Shown here piece after piece: positions 44,993 to 54,625 of a DNA stretch of 64,000 bases. Within the stretch, counting starts at the first letter, position 1. Every line of letters starts with the position of its first letter. A program made the translations under genes and the position numbers. The notes under the pieces are model-generated. The model was not told where the DNA came from. It did no database searches and saw only the letters and a program-made list of their open reading frames with translations. Source of the DNA: Escherichia phage AV123; the sequence record OR352953.1; one strand, given 5' to 3'.

Positions 44993-45318
44993 CAACTCTC
45001 CTCAAAATCCATAAGTATAAAGATATTAACTTTACCTTCTATATTATGTTCTACAACAAGATCTGCAAATTCTTTGTAGGCTTTTTCTTCTATTTGTTCA
45101 ATGTGAGACGCTACATCTTTGTATATAGCGTCACCATCTACTTTAACAAGGAGGAATAGAGATCTTACTTCAATCTCTTTATTTTTGCGGGGTAGAAAAT
45201 CGACGGCTTCTTGTATACGCCAGCCGAGATACCCTGGAGTCCTTTGAATATCCTCCAAATGACTTTCTAAGATTTCCCTTCCTTTGTCTATTAAAGCCTG
45301 TTCTGTCGTTATTTTCAT
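44992..45318 (-). CDS. hypothetical protein
   Basis: 108 aa. Confidence 0.5.
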   Translation of the reverse strand: MKITTEQALIDKGREILESHLEDIQRTPGYLGWRIQEAVDFLPRKNKEIEVRSLFLLVKVDGDAIYKDVASHIEQIEEKAYKEFADLVVEHNIEGKVNIFILMDFEES

Positions 45319-45328
45319 CCCCTTCTCC

Positions 45329-45901
45329 TTAATGTGTTAATGAAACTGCGTAGCTAAACACAGGTTCAGATATTACATCGGCTACAGTAATAAAAACGTC
45401 TTCGTCTTGAGTTGTTTCTACACGACATACAGTTACACCATTCACCACAAATTCAACGCAATGTGGAATATCTTCACAAACGAAGGTAGTGTAAGTAACA
45501 CCCAAAGCATCATACAAAGATTTAACAGTGTTTGCAAGTGCCGCAGTTTCTTCTTTTTCTGAGACAATGAATGCTGTAACAATAAGATTGTTTGCATAGT
45601 TTAAACTGTCCTCTATAGCCAATGATTTACAAGGTAGTAATGCAAAATATTTACCTGGTTTAATCAGACCTGCTTCCCATTGATTCAAAATTGCCTGGGA
45701 TGGTTTAGTAATATAAAACAGATTTTCACTTGGGTTATCAATATTACTTCTGGCGATACAACGTGAAGGATTATTAATATCAAATACATGATCAAAATCT
45801 ACACAAACAGGTAAACTGAAAGGTGTGAATTTTTTACCTAATAATCCTATGGCTGATAATATGTTTGCTGTGCTTATCTTCCCGTTAAAAGCTAAACGCA
45901 T
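45329..45901 (-). CDS. hypothetical protein
   Basis: 190 aa. Confidence 0.55.
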   Translation of the reverse strand: MRLAFNGKISTANILSAIGLLGKKFTPFSLPVCVDFDHVFDINNPSRCIARSNIDNPSENLFYITKPSQAILNQWEAGLIKPGKYFALLPCKSLAIEDSLNYANNLIVTAFIVSEKEETAALANTVKSLYDALGVTYTTFVCEDIPHCVEFVVNGVTVCRVETTQDEDVFITVADVISEPVFSYAVSLTH

Positions 45902-45912
45902 ACTTAACTCCT

Positions 45913-46116
45913 TTAACTAGCAACCGTAACTTCCGAACTTTCTTCTTTCGTACTGTCTACGATATGCCTGGTGGCAATATACGAGACTTGCCAGTTACCA
46001 TCTGGTGTAGTCTCAATAAGTACCCTATCTACTTCGAGAAAATGCAAAAATTCAACCATCGCTCGCTTCGATAGGAATTGTTTTTTAACAGTCTCCTCAA
46101 AAGATTGAACTGCCAT
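45913..46116 (-). CDS. small hypothetical protein
   Basis: 67 aa. Confidence 0.45.
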   Translation of the reverse strand: MAVQSFEETVKKQFLSKRAMVEFLHFLEVDRVLIETTPDGNWQVSYIATRHIVDSTKEESSEVTVAS

Positions 46117-46125
46117 GTTTCCTCC

Positions 46126-46788
46126 TTATTTAATATTCAATTTTGCACAAAGACGTTGTACCGCTTTGGCATCGAACAAACTCCCACGAATAGTTCTCTT
46201 TCCTGATTCATTCAGATGCTTTGCAATCGTCATATATGGCGTTTTACAAGCTCTGTATGCAACTAAAGAATCTTTTAAAGAAAGCGCAAACTCTCTTGAG
46301 CGTTTTGCTTCTTCCGTTTTCGTATAATCTGTTCTTTTGTATTTAGGGTTTGCTGCACCAAGAAGCGTTCCCTTCGCTTTTGCTACCTTAAGGCTCTTCT
46401 TAACACGATCAGATATTGCACGAGCCTCTTCTTCTGCCAGAACTGCTAAAATATTTATTATCATATTTTCAGCGGAGGGCATAGTTGCTATTCGTACATT
46501 AATCATCTCTAATAAGGTTGCAACAGAGGCTGTGTTACGTCCAAGACGGTCAACCTTAGCAACAACAAGTGTAGCACCTGTTTCTTTGCAAAGATTAACA
46601 GCTTTTACAAGCTCTCTACGTTGCTTCCAATCGCCTTTACCCGAATAAAACTCTGCAAAGCTACCTACAATAGTATAATTTTCTTGTGAATCCAGGAAGC
46701 GTTGAATATCTGCTTCCTGTGATTCTATACCATACTGGTTGCCTTGTTGTTTCTTCTTAGAAAGTCGATGATATAGTACAAACTTCAT
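46126..46788 (-). CDS. serine recombinase (resolvase/invertase family)
   Basis: N-terminal YHRLSKKKQ catalytic-Ser context, resolvase-like core; GGAGGG RBS; 220 aa. Confidence 0.7.
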   Translation of the reverse strand: MKFVLYHRLSKKKQQGNQYGIESQEADIQRFLDSQENYTIVGSFAEFYSGKGDWKQRRELVKAVNLCKETGATLVVAKVDRLGRNTASVATLLEMINVRIATMPSAENMIINILAVLAEEEARAISDRVKKSLKVAKAKGTLLGAANPKYKRTDYTKTEEAKRSREFALSLKDSLVAYRACKTPYMTIAKHLNESGKRTIRGSLFDAKAVQRLCAKLNIK

Positions 46789-46845
46789 AATACCCTCCTG
46801 TTCTGTTACAGGAAGTATGCACTACCTTAATGTTAAAGTCAACAG

Positions 46846-47049
46846 TTAAGTAGTGGTAATATCATCCTCTTGAATACTAGGGTCAACTTCTGCAAAGATA
46901 GCCTCTACAGGAATTTCTTCACCTGCTATTCTAGAAAGAAGCACTGAACCAATAGCTTTTGCGTGTTCTTCGGATTCCGCATAAACATTAGTTCCTGTGT
47001 CTTTTTTCTTAGTTTCGTTAAAATATACCAGATAGTAATTGTATGCCAT
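46846..47049 (-). CDS. small hypothetical protein
   Basis: 67 aa. Confidence 0.45.
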   Translation of the reverse strand: MAYNYYLVYFNETKKKDTGTNVYAESEEHAKAIGSVLLSRIAGEEIPVEAIFAEVDPSIQEDDITTT

Positions 47050-47300
47050 TATTCATCCCAATCGCCGTTACGAGCACTTTCAAGAACCTTGACAACTTCT
47101 GCATACTCTACAGCTAAACCAGCACATACTTCAGCTTGTTTTGCAATTGCTTGTTTAAAGAACATAGCGATTGCAACACTCTGTGTTGTGTGAATGTTAT
47201 CTGCTTTAGTTGATACATGAAGATCAAAATCTTCTTCATCAAAGGTGAGTTCCATAGTAACAATAAATTTCTCGGTCATAAAAATGCTCCTCTTAAACAA
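47049..47300 (-). CDS. small acidic protein
   Basis: 83 aa. Confidence 0.45.
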   Translation of the reverse strand: MFKRSIFMTEKFIVTMELTFDEEDFDLHVSTKADNIHTTQSVAIAMFFKQAIAKQAEVCAGLAVEYAEVVKVLESARNGDWDE

Positions 47301-47802
47301 AATAGAAAGGTTGAGTTAAACCCAGCCTGTTTTTTGGGTCGTAGACGTACCAAGCATATGCTGTCTTATCAGTACCACCTGCAACAAAAGATGGTCGTTC
47401 AGAAAGAACAATTAAATTTGTTGGTGGATTCTGTTTATGGAATTCCCTTCGTTTAATAGACTCTAGGAACCCAAGACGCAACAAGTATATGCAAACGTCT
47501 GCTTCTTTTAAGCTCTTTTGCAAGAACTCAAGTGCAAGTTTGAATGGGGGATTTGTGATTATAATATCCGGCTTAGTATGCCATTCGTGGTTAAAATAAT
47601 CTTTCCCTTCTTCTAACTCACAATATTCTGATCCTTCTGGAAAATGTTGATAAATTGCAGCAGCAGCGCCTTTACACGGTTCTGCAAAAATAAAACCTTC
47701 TTCTTTAAGGTTATTAAAATCTATTACACTAAATAATGCATTTATACATTTTTGTGGAGTAGGATAGTAATCAGTTGGTGGACGATCATACTTATTTGCC
47801 AC
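47293..47802 (-). CDS. DNA N6-adenine (or N4-cytosine) methyltransferase
   Basis: DYYPTP near N-terminus and NPPF motif IV; GTG start per track. Confidence 0.6.
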   Translation of the reverse strand: MANKYDRPPTDYYPTPQKCINALFSVIDFNNLKEEGFIFAEPCKGAAAAIYQHFPEGSEYCELEEGKDYFNHEWHTKPDIIITNPPFKLALEFLQKSLKEADVCIYLLRLGFLESIKRREFHKQNPPTNLIVLSERPSFVAGGTDKTAYAWYVYDPKNRLGLTQPFYFV

Positions 47803-48220
47803 TACTTAAAATCTCCTCTTTTGTGATTTCAGGGTCTTCTTCAAAAACCATAATATCTCTTAAGAACGTTAATTCTTCCATAGATACTGGTATTGTATCT
47901 TCTTCTGTTTTTCGTTTACATAAATCGTCAAGAAAGTTTTTAAAGTTTTCTGACAAATCGTAAAATTTTAACAGTTGATAATCACAGGAGGAGATCCTAT
48001 CTAGTTCTAACATTCTTTCTAAGATATTTTCTGTGTTGCCGTACAACACACGAACTTCTCCGAAAGGGTTAACTGAATATTGTGAAGTTCTGAACCATCC
48101 CTTTTTAGATACAGTGTAACGCTGTTCTGCTAAACTTTCAATAAAATTTTTAGCTCTTTTACAGTTTTGTTCTAAAGAGTAGTAGGCTTTTTCTACAAAG
48201 GTTACAGGTACTGGTAACAT
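47792..48220 (-). CDS. hypothetical protein
   Basis: 142 aa; AGGAGG RBS. Confidence 0.55.
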   Translation of the reverse strand: MLPVPVTFVEKAYYSLEQNCKRAKNFIESLAEQRYTVSKKGWFRTSQYSVNPFGEVRVLYGNTENILERMLELDRISSCDYQLLKFYDLSENFKNFLDDLCKRKTEEDTIPVSMEELTFLRDIMVFEEDPEITKEEILSSGK

Positions 48221-48231
48221 ATCTCCTCCTA

Positions 48232-48252
48232 ATAACCCCCTTGCGGGGGTTT
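48232..48252 (-). terminator. candidate terminator (minus strand)
   Basis: AACCCCCGCAAGGGGGTT hairpin; weak T-run. Confidence 0.4.
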
Positions 48253-48260
48253 ATACTAGA

Positions 48261-48914
48261 TTAATTATCAGAGGACACTTTATCAAGTTTTTCAGAGACT
48301 GTCAATACTTTTTCTTGTGATTCTTTCATTTCTGCTAAAATACTTTCAGCTTCATCACTATCAGGATCACCAGTCAACAGCATACTAATTAGTTGCTCCT
48401 TGCTGAAGTTCAGAATATCTTCCGCTGTTAACTCCAGTTGTTCTTCGATCTCTTCGATAAAAGTTTCACCGCCTGAAAAAGCATCTCGCAGTTTTGCAAC
48501 TTCCATCGCTTCTTCTGGGGTTGCCCCAGCGTCTAAAGCTGCTAAAGCAAAATCTGCCCCACTACCAACAGCATAATAATCTTCAGTTAAAGGATATGCT
48601 CGCGTTGGATTGTTACCCTCGTGCATATAAATTTTACCGTCTGGGTGAACAACTAATGCCACAAACTCTTCATCTTCTTTATCAGGATCTGACTGGATCA
48701 CCAAACCTGGGATTGTCTCTTGTGCTGCTTGGCATTGTAAGTTTTGTTCGAACCAAGAAAAGAAAGTCAGGATAGAAGACAGACGTCCTGCACCACCAAC
48801 AAGGTAATCCCCAATTTTACGCACTTTCTTGAAATTTAAAGTGTCTACACGACTACCTACTGTTACTTTACCATCAGATAGAATTTTGTTATGTGTTGCA
48901 ATAATTGTTGTCAT
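48261..48914 (-). CDS. hslV: HslV-like N-terminal-Thr peptidase with acidic C-terminal extension
   Basis: MTTII N-terminus, KKVRKI, LVGGAG, GSGADFALAA align to HslV/ClpQ pattern; about 45 aa acidic tail. Confidence 0.6.
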   Translation of the reverse strand: MTTIIATHNKILSDGKVTVGSRVDTLNFKKVRKIGDYLVGGAGRLSSILTFFSWFEQNLQCQAAQETIPGLVIQSDPDKEDEEFVALVVHPDGKIYMHEGNNPTRAYPLTEDYYAVGSGADFALAALDAGATPEEAMEVAKLRDAFSGGETFIEEIEEQLELTAEDILNFSKEQLISMLLTGDPDSDEAESILAEMKESQEKVLTVSEKLDKVSSDN

Positions 48915-49405
48915 TGTACTTCCTCCTGTAGTGTTTTAAGGACTGCTTTACCACCGCTTACATATTTACGGAGGTAATCAATAGCTCTTAGTGTTTCTTT
49001 ATCCACAAGAATTTTATTAGTTCTTGTCAATGGATGATTCAGTAAGTCACTGCAATTTCTTACTAACATAGATTTCTTGTGAAAGATACTGCTAAGAAAA
49101 AGAAGTTTAGAATCTTCTTCATCAATCAGGAGTAATTCTGAATTAGACCCAGCTACATTTATTATACACTCAAACAAGCCTTCTTGACTATCAGATAATT
49201 CCTGGTAATATTTAGTTAGCCAATCCTCTCCTTTTAACCAACTAAAAAACATCTGAACTTTTTGCAAAGTTGTCATGTTCTCTAAACGAAGAGATATTTC
49301 TTTTTCAATCTTGTCAATATAAATCTGTCTAAACTCATTCGGCTTAACTAAGCCAGCTTGATAGCATTCATCAATACCATTGCGATCAATCTCAATTAGC
49401 GTCAT
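48911..49405 (-). CDS. hypothetical protein
   Basis: 164 aa. Confidence 0.55.
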   Translation of the reverse strand: MTLIEIDRNGIDECYQAGLVKPNEFRQIYIDKIEKEISLRLENMTTLQKVQMFFSWLKGEDWLTKYYQELSDSQEGLFECIINVAGSNSELLLIDEEDSKLLFLSSIFHKKSMLVRNCSDLLNHPLTRTNKILVDKETLRAIDYLRKYVSGGKAVLKTLQEEVQ

Positions 49406-49441
49406 TTAACCTCCATAATAGGCATCCTTGCCTTGTAATTA

Positions 49442-50194
49442 TTAATATACTTCCGTGATGAACTGAGACAAACGGGAACGTTGGTTATCAGCAGTTGTCA
49501 TTTCAACATAACCAATAAAATCTACAATAGCTTCCCTTTCTCCTTCTTCGTTAATAGGAACAACACGATCTAACAAATCACCTAACCCGTTAGCTCTTCG
49601 TTTAATTGCATATGTTTGATTAACATCGCCCATAATGACAATACGTGTATTAAGACCTGCTCGCTCAAGGAGAAGTTTTACTGTGTTTGGTGACATAAGT
49701 TGAACTTCATCAATAAGAATAATGCTGTTATCCCACGTAGCACCTAGTGCATAGTTCGGAATATTAAGTTCAATTTTGCCACTTGCAATATCGTTTTCCA
49801 ATTTATTTGCAGTCATAAACTGTTGGAAAATTCTTTTAGTTGACTCGTAGTGTGCTGCTAGTTTATCAGTCTTATCTCCAGATAAGAAACCGATTTGGTC
49901 ATCACCTACTTCTGTCGGGTTTTTAAGGAAAATCAACTTTCTGAAGTCACCAGCTTTAAGCATTTGCAATGCTTTCCATAGTGCTGTTGTCGTTTTTCCT
50001 GTTCCTGCTGGGGCATTAACAATGGTTAAATCATTCCAAACCATGCTTCTTACAATAGCTTCTTGATTCCCAACAGGGGTAAATTCATCAAGACGGTAAT
50101 CATCATTTCCTACTGCTTTAGCCGCATAACGACTGGCACGTTTGTCATCATTGGCTGTTGATTGACGACGAGCCTTTGCGGTTTTATTTCCCAT
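49442..50194 (-). CDS. phoH: PhoH-like ATPase
   Basis: Walker A APAGTGKTT, Walker B ILIDEVQ; 250 aa. Confidence 0.8.
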   Translation of the reverse strand: MGNKTAKARRQSTANDDKRASRYAAKAVGNDDYRLDEFTPVGNQEAIVRSMVWNDLTIVNAPAGTGKTTTALWKALQMLKAGDFRKLIFLKNPTEVGDDQIGFLSGDKTDKLAAHYESTKRIFQQFMTANKLENDIASGKIELNIPNYALGATWDNSIILIDEVQLMSPNTVKLLLERAGLNTRIVIMGDVNQTYAIKRRANGLGDLLDRVVPINEEGEREAIVDFIGYVEMTTADNQRSRLSQFITEVY

Positions 50195-50207
50195 GTTTGC
50201 ACTCCTT

Positions 50208-50231
50208 ATAAAAGGGGCTTTCGCCCCTTTG
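50208..50231 (-). terminator. rho-independent terminator (minus strand)
   Basis: AAAGGGGCGAAAGCCCCTTTT. Confidence 0.6.
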
Positions 50232-50232
50232 T

Positions 50233-50733
50233 TTAGTTATAAGCGTCTAATGTTCCAGTTTTAAGCACCTGAATTACACGCTCTGCGCGATTAGGCGTTT
50301 GGCGATACCATTTACTTTTACGTAAATTTATAGAGGCTTGAGTATAATATGAATTACTCACTAAAGTCAAGCTATTTTTGAAAGATTCTGCACCTTTCAA
50401 TCCCATTTGAAATACCATATTAATAATAGCCATTTTACGATTAGGACTTACTTTATCGTAAATAGGAGATAATATGGTGCTTGAATGGATTTGTTGTATC
50501 GCTTTCTTTACGTCACTCTCAAAGATTCTTCTAGCTTCCGCTTCAGTAATAACTCCATTGGTTTTTCTACCTACTAAGTTATCAAGAATGCGTATAGCTT
50601 CTGCTTTATCTTTGAGTTTTGTCAGAAGGTGTCCAATACCAACTGTCCAATACCCTTCGGTATCAGGATATACAGTTAGCTTTAGTCCTTCATCAAAACG
50701 TAACATATCAAACACATCAACTACTTTAGCCAT
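50233..50733 (-). CDS. T4-type lysozyme (GH24 endolysin)
   Basis: FDMLRFDEGLKLTVYPDTEGYWTVGIGHLL matches T4 lysozyme catalytic region. Confidence 0.85.
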   Translation of the reverse strand: MAKVVDVFDMLRFDEGLKLTVYPDTEGYWTVGIGHLLTKLKDKAEAIRILDNLVGRKTNGVITEAEARRIFESDVKKAIQQIHSSTILSPIYDKVSPNRKMAIINMVFQMGLKGAESFKNSLTLVSNSYYTQASINLRKSKWYRQTPNRAERVIQVLKTGTLDAYN

Positions 50734-50745
50734 GTTTTCCTTATA

Positions 50746-50889
50746 TTAGTCGCCCTCCCCATGATCTAGCTCTTGAAACAGTAGGTGTTCAGGAGACATT
50801 TCACGTTTAGGCTTCGTCTTTTTAGTTTGGGACTTAAGCTCTGTTGCCAAAGCACGAGAAAAGATCTTACGTTTCTGTTTACCTTTCAT
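50746..50889 (-). CDS. small basic protein (47 aa)
   Basis: hand-translated; GGAG RBS. Confidence 0.4.
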   Translation of the reverse strand: MKGKQKRKIFSRALATELKSQTKKTKPKREMSPEHLLFQELDHGEGD

Positions 50890-50893
50890 ATTG

Positions 50894-51154
50894 TTACTCC
50901 GCAATCTGAGCCATGAATTCACGTAGTTCAGAAAAACCTCCTACGTGGGTTAGCTGTTCACCATCTTCCACAAAAATCTGAGGAAATGTGCGTGGTAGAA
51001 CACCTGTTTTCTCTACAACCAGATTCTGAATCTGATCTAAAGAATAGTCTTCATCTAAGGTAAGATATTTAAAATCCTGTTCACGCTGTTCTAGTAGAAT
51101 CTTAGCGTTAGTGCAGAAAGGACAATTTGGTTTACCGTAGATAATAAAATTCAT
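50894..51154 (-). CDS. glutaredoxin/thioredoxin-like redoxin
   Basis: CPFC active site; start reset from GTG to ATG 51152-51154 (AAGGAG RBS). Confidence 0.75.
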   Translation of the reverse strand: MNFIIYGKPNCPFCTNAKILLEQREQDFKYLTLDEDYSLDQIQNLVVEKTGVLPRTFPQIFVEDGEQLTHVGGFSELREFMAQIAE

Positions 51155-51156
51155 TT

Positions 51157-51987
51157 TCACTCCTTGTTTAAAAGTATAGTTAAAGTTCTTACAATACCGC
51201 TATCAACACTTCGCGGATTTAAAGTAGGATCTGTTTTTAAATAAGATGTTGCTGGTCTGACTGCTTTGGAATTATAGGTTGAAGCAGATACAGGATTAAC
51301 TGTAACAGACAAATCTACAACAAGAAATATCTTTCGTGCAAAATCATACCAAGAAATATAATCTGCACCTGCATAGTGTACAATTTTACTATTTACACCA
51401 TCTTTTACAAGTTTAAAAATTGTTTCTGCAAGATCAGGTGCATAAGTAGGACATGATAAATGATCACATACTACATTAAATTCTTTTTGACCACCGTTGT
51501 AGCGTTCCAACATAGTTTTCAAAAAGTTATGTCCAAATTCACTATAAACAGAAGCTGTTCTGATAATAAGTGCTGTAGGACAAACTGTTTGTACTAAAGT
51601 TTCACCTAATTGTTTACTGTAACCGTAGGTGTTCAAGGGGTTTGTTTTACTATCTTCTGTGCCAGCAACATGCCCATCAAAAACATAGTCTGTTGAAATA
51701 TGTACAAACTGTATCAGTAAATCATTACATGCTTTGGCAATGTTTGTTGCACCGTATGCATTAACATTTATACAGGTGTTAACATCTTCTTCAGCTTTAT
51801 CTACTGCCGTGTAAGCCGCACAATTCACAACAACATCAGGCACATGCTGTACAAGACTATTCATAACATCTTTAAAGTTGGTAATGTCTACATCACTTGC
51901 TTCAATCAAAATAACATCTTCGGGCGCAACTTTTGCCAAAGACTGTCCTAATTGACCTTTTGAACCAAAGATTAAAAATTTTGTCAA
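51157..51987 (-). CDS. rmlD: dTDP-4-dehydrorhamnose reductase
   Basis: FGSKGQLG Rossmann motif, RmlD-like length; TTG start overlapping rmlC stop. Confidence 0.75.
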   Translation of the reverse strand: MTKFLIFGSKGQLGQSLAKVAPEDVILIEASDVDITNFKDVMNSLVQHVPDVVVNCAAYTAVDKAEEDVNTCINVNAYGATNIAKACNDLLIQFVHISTDYVFDGHVAGTEDSKTNPLNTYGYSKQLGETLVQTVCPTALIIRTASVYSEFGHNFLKTMLERYNGGQKEFNVVCDHLSCPTYAPDLAETIFKLVKDGVNSKIVHYAGADYISWYDFARKIFLVVDLSVTVNPVSASTYNSKAVRPATSYLKTDPTLNPRSVDSGIVRTLTILLNKE

Positions 51988-52538
51988 AATATGATCTCCT
52001 TTAGTGTTTTGGCTTGCTGATCTTTTTGTGACAAGATAGGTTTAAAATTAATATCATTAAAGATTAAATCAAAACCCCAATCAATATTGATATCTGGATC
52101 ATTCCACGCAAGACTACACTCTGAAGTCGGATCGTAATACTCTGTACATTTATATTCAAAATCAGCAATGTCACTAATCACAACAAAGCCATGAGCGAAA
52201 CCAGGAGGAATCCAAAATTGTGTTTTATTCTTTTCAGATAAGAGAACACCTACCCATTCTCCAAATGTTGGACTACCAACCCTAATATCTACAGCAACAT
52301 CATAAACTTCACCACGAACACAACGTACTAACTTCCCTTGTGGGTTTTTCTTTTGAAAATGAAGCCCACGTAGAACTCCTCGAATAGAACGTGAATGGTT
52401 GTCTTGGACAAAGTTTTGTTTACCTATGTATTGATCATATAAAGCCTGATTAAAACTTTCTAAGAAAAAACCACGTTCATCTCCGTAAACGTCAGGTTGA
52501 ATGATCAACAAATCTTCGATTTTTGTTGCTTGAATCAT
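51984..52538 (-). CDS. rmlC: dTDP-4-dehydrorhamnose 3,5-epimerase
   Basis: GDERGFF..F and RGLHFQ cupin motifs; 184 aa. Confidence 0.8.
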   Translation of the reverse strand: MIQATKIEDLLIIQPDVYGDERGFFLESFNQALYDQYIGKQNFVQDNHSRSIRGVLRGLHFQKKNPQGKLVRCVRGEVYDVAVDIRVGSPTFGEWVGVLLSEKNKTQFWIPPGFAHGFVVISDIADFEYKCTEYYDPTSECSLAWNDPDINIDWGFDLIFNDINFKPILSQKDQQAKTLKEIIF

Positions 52539-52550
52539 TTAATTCCCCCT

Positions 52551-53420
52551 TTATTTTAATTTAAGTAAATACTTACCGTAGTCTGTTTTACTTAAAACCT
52601 CTCCAGAACTTTTTACAGAGTCTAAAGTAATCCATTCATTTTTAAAAGCAATCTCTTCCAGGCATGCAACCTTCATACCTTGTTGCTTTTCTATTGCATG
52701 AACAAATTGAGATGCTTCCATAAGACTTTCATGTGTTCCTGTATCCAGCCAAGTGAAACCTCTTCCTAGTTTACAGACACGTAAAGCCTTTTCTTTCCAG
52801 TACATATCATTTATATCTGTAATCTCTAACTCCCCTCTAGCAGAAGGTTTAACGCTTTTAGCTTTCTGTATAACAGAATTATCGTAAAAGTACAAGCCTG
52901 TGATTGCATAGTTGCTTTTTGGTGCTTTTGGTTTTTCTTCAATACTCACCACTGTACCTTCAGAATCAAACTCAACAACACCAAATCTTTCAGGATCATT
53001 TACGTGATACCCAAAAATATTAGCTCCACCATTCTTCTCAATATGTTCTTTAGCAGAATCTAAAATGCTACCAAAACTCTGACCAAAGAATAAATTATCA
53101 CCTAGCACAAGTGCTACAGAATCTTCACCAATAAAGTTCTCACCAATAATAAACGCTTCTGCTAAACCTCTTGGGCTATCCTGTATTGCATACTGTAGGG
53201 AAATACCAAAAGAGGAACCATCACCTAGAAGATTTACAAAATTAATTTGATCTTCTGGTGTTGTAATTATTAGTATTTCCCTAATTCCAGAAAGCATTAG
53301 GACAGAGAGTGGATAATAAATCATAGGCTTATCATAAATTGGTAATAGTTGTTTACTAACCCCTTTAGTAACTGGGTAAAGTCTTGTTCCACTACCACCT
53401 GCTAAGATAATACCTTTCAT
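52551..53420 (-). CDS. rmlA: glucose-1-phosphate thymidylyltransferase
   Basis: [19 protein letters not shown]-terminus; 289 aa. Confidence 0.85.
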   Translation of the reverse strand: MKGIILAGGSGTRLYPVTKGVSKQLLPIYDKPMIYYPLSVLMLSGIREILIITTPEDQINFVNLLGDGSSFGISLQYAIQDSPRGLAEAFIIGENFIGEDSVALVLGDNLFFGQSFGSILDSAKEHIEKNGGANIFGYHVNDPERFGVVEFDSEGTVVSIEEKPKAPKSNYAITGLYFYDNSVIQKAKSVKPSARGELEITDINDMYWKEKALRVCKLGRGFTWLDTGTHESLMEASQFVHAIEKQQGMKVACLEEIAFKNEWITLDSVKSSGEVLSKTDYGKYLLKLK

Positions 53421-53428
53421 ACTCCTCC

Positions 53429-54418
53429 TTAAACTTTATTTTCCCACCACTCTTTGTTATCTACATACCAATCAATGGTTGAATAAAGTTTTTCTTCAAA
53501 TGTGCCTTTAGCTTTCCACCCTAATTCCTTTTCAATCTTATAAGGATTCACTTCATATCTTAGATCATGTCCAGGTCTATCTGTAACCATCTCAATTAGG
53601 CTACAAGCATCTGTTTCAGATGGATACACCGCATCCATATAATCACAAATCATATAGATTACATCAATATTAGTTCTAGGGTTTCTGCTCCCAATATTAT
53701 ATGTTTCTCCAGATTTGCCTTTAGTTACTACTAGGTGTAATGCTTCTGCGTGATCGTCAACGTATAACCAGTCTCTTACTTGAAGACCATTGCCATAAAC
53801 AGGGATTGGTTTATTCATCAAGATATTTGTTATCGTTTTAGGTATTAGTTTTTCTGGATGATGATATGCTCCAAAATTATTTGAACAATTTGTTATAACT
53901 GTCGGAATACCATAAGTACGATGCCACGCTCTTACCAAATGATCGCTTGCTGCCTTAGATGCAGCATATGGACTACTTGGCTTATAAGGATTCTGTTCTG
54001 TAAACGGATAATCCCCTTCTTCCATATCACCATATACTTCATCTGTTGAAATATGATGGAACATTTTAAGATTTGATTTATCTCCCATTAAACGAACAGC
54101 TTCTAGGAGATTAAATGTCCCAACAATATTTGAATTTATAAAAACACTCGGTGATGCTATTGAATTATCTACGTGACTTTCTGCTGCAAGATGCATTATA
54201 TAATCTGGATTAACATCTGCCACAATCTTAGCAGTTAACTGCGCATTTGTCAAGTCAACACGACAAAACTTTACATTGGGTGTTTCTGATAAATTTCTAG
54301 GGTCTGAAGCGTAACCCCATTTATCTATAACGTAAATATCATTTTTAGTATTTTTAGCCAGGAAACGAACTACCGCACTTCCAATAAAGCCTAAACCACC
54401 TGTTACTAAGTATTTCAT
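53429..54418 (-). CDS. rmlB: dTDP-glucose 4,6-dehydratase
   Basis: TGGLGFIGS Rossmann motif, YAASKAASD catalytic YxxxK; 329 aa. Confidence 0.85.
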   Translation of the reverse strand: MKYLVTGGLGFIGSAVVRFLAKNTKNDIYVIDKWGYASDPRNLSETPNVKFCRVDLTNAQLTAKIVADVNPDYIMHLAAESHVDNSIASPSVFINSNIVGTFNLLEAVRLMGDKSNLKMFHHISTDEVYGDMEEGDYPFTEQNPYKPSSPYAASKAASDHLVRAWHRTYGIPTVITNCSNNFGAYHHPEKLIPKTITNILMNKPIPVYGNGLQVRDWLYVDDHAEALHLVVTKGKSGETYNIGSRNPRTNIDVIYMICDYMDAVYPSETDACSLIEMVTDRPGHDLRYEVNPYKIEKELGWKAKGTFEEKLYSTIDWYVDNKEWWENKV

Positions 54419-54612
54419 TTAGTCTCCTTCCAATTATTCCCTTCAGTAAAAATAATACCTTCATAAAACAACCATCTGGAACCTTTTTCAACAGGAACAG
54501 GAAGCTCTTCTTCAGTAAAGTTATAAACCTCTCTAGCATCTTCTAAAAGTGATGCAAATGTTTTTGGACTTACTGTTACGCGAGGAGCATTGATCAGTTG
54601 ATCTAGCATCAT
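54415..54612 (-). CDS. small hypothetical protein
   Basis: start reset to ATG 54610-54612 (AAGGAGG RBS). Confidence 0.45.
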   Translation of the reverse strand: MMLDQLINAPRVTVSPKTFASLLEDAREVYNFTEEELPVPVEKGSRWLFYEGIIFTEGNNWKETK

Positions 54613-54625
54613 TCTACTATCCTCC

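Noticed and set aside
51157-54418. rml operon as part of a temperate-phage seroconversion cassette
   Set aside because: No integrase, repressor or O-antigen glycosyltransferase/acetyltransferase is adjacent; the only recombinase is a small serine recombinase 4 kb away, and the context is nucleotide metabolism and lysis.
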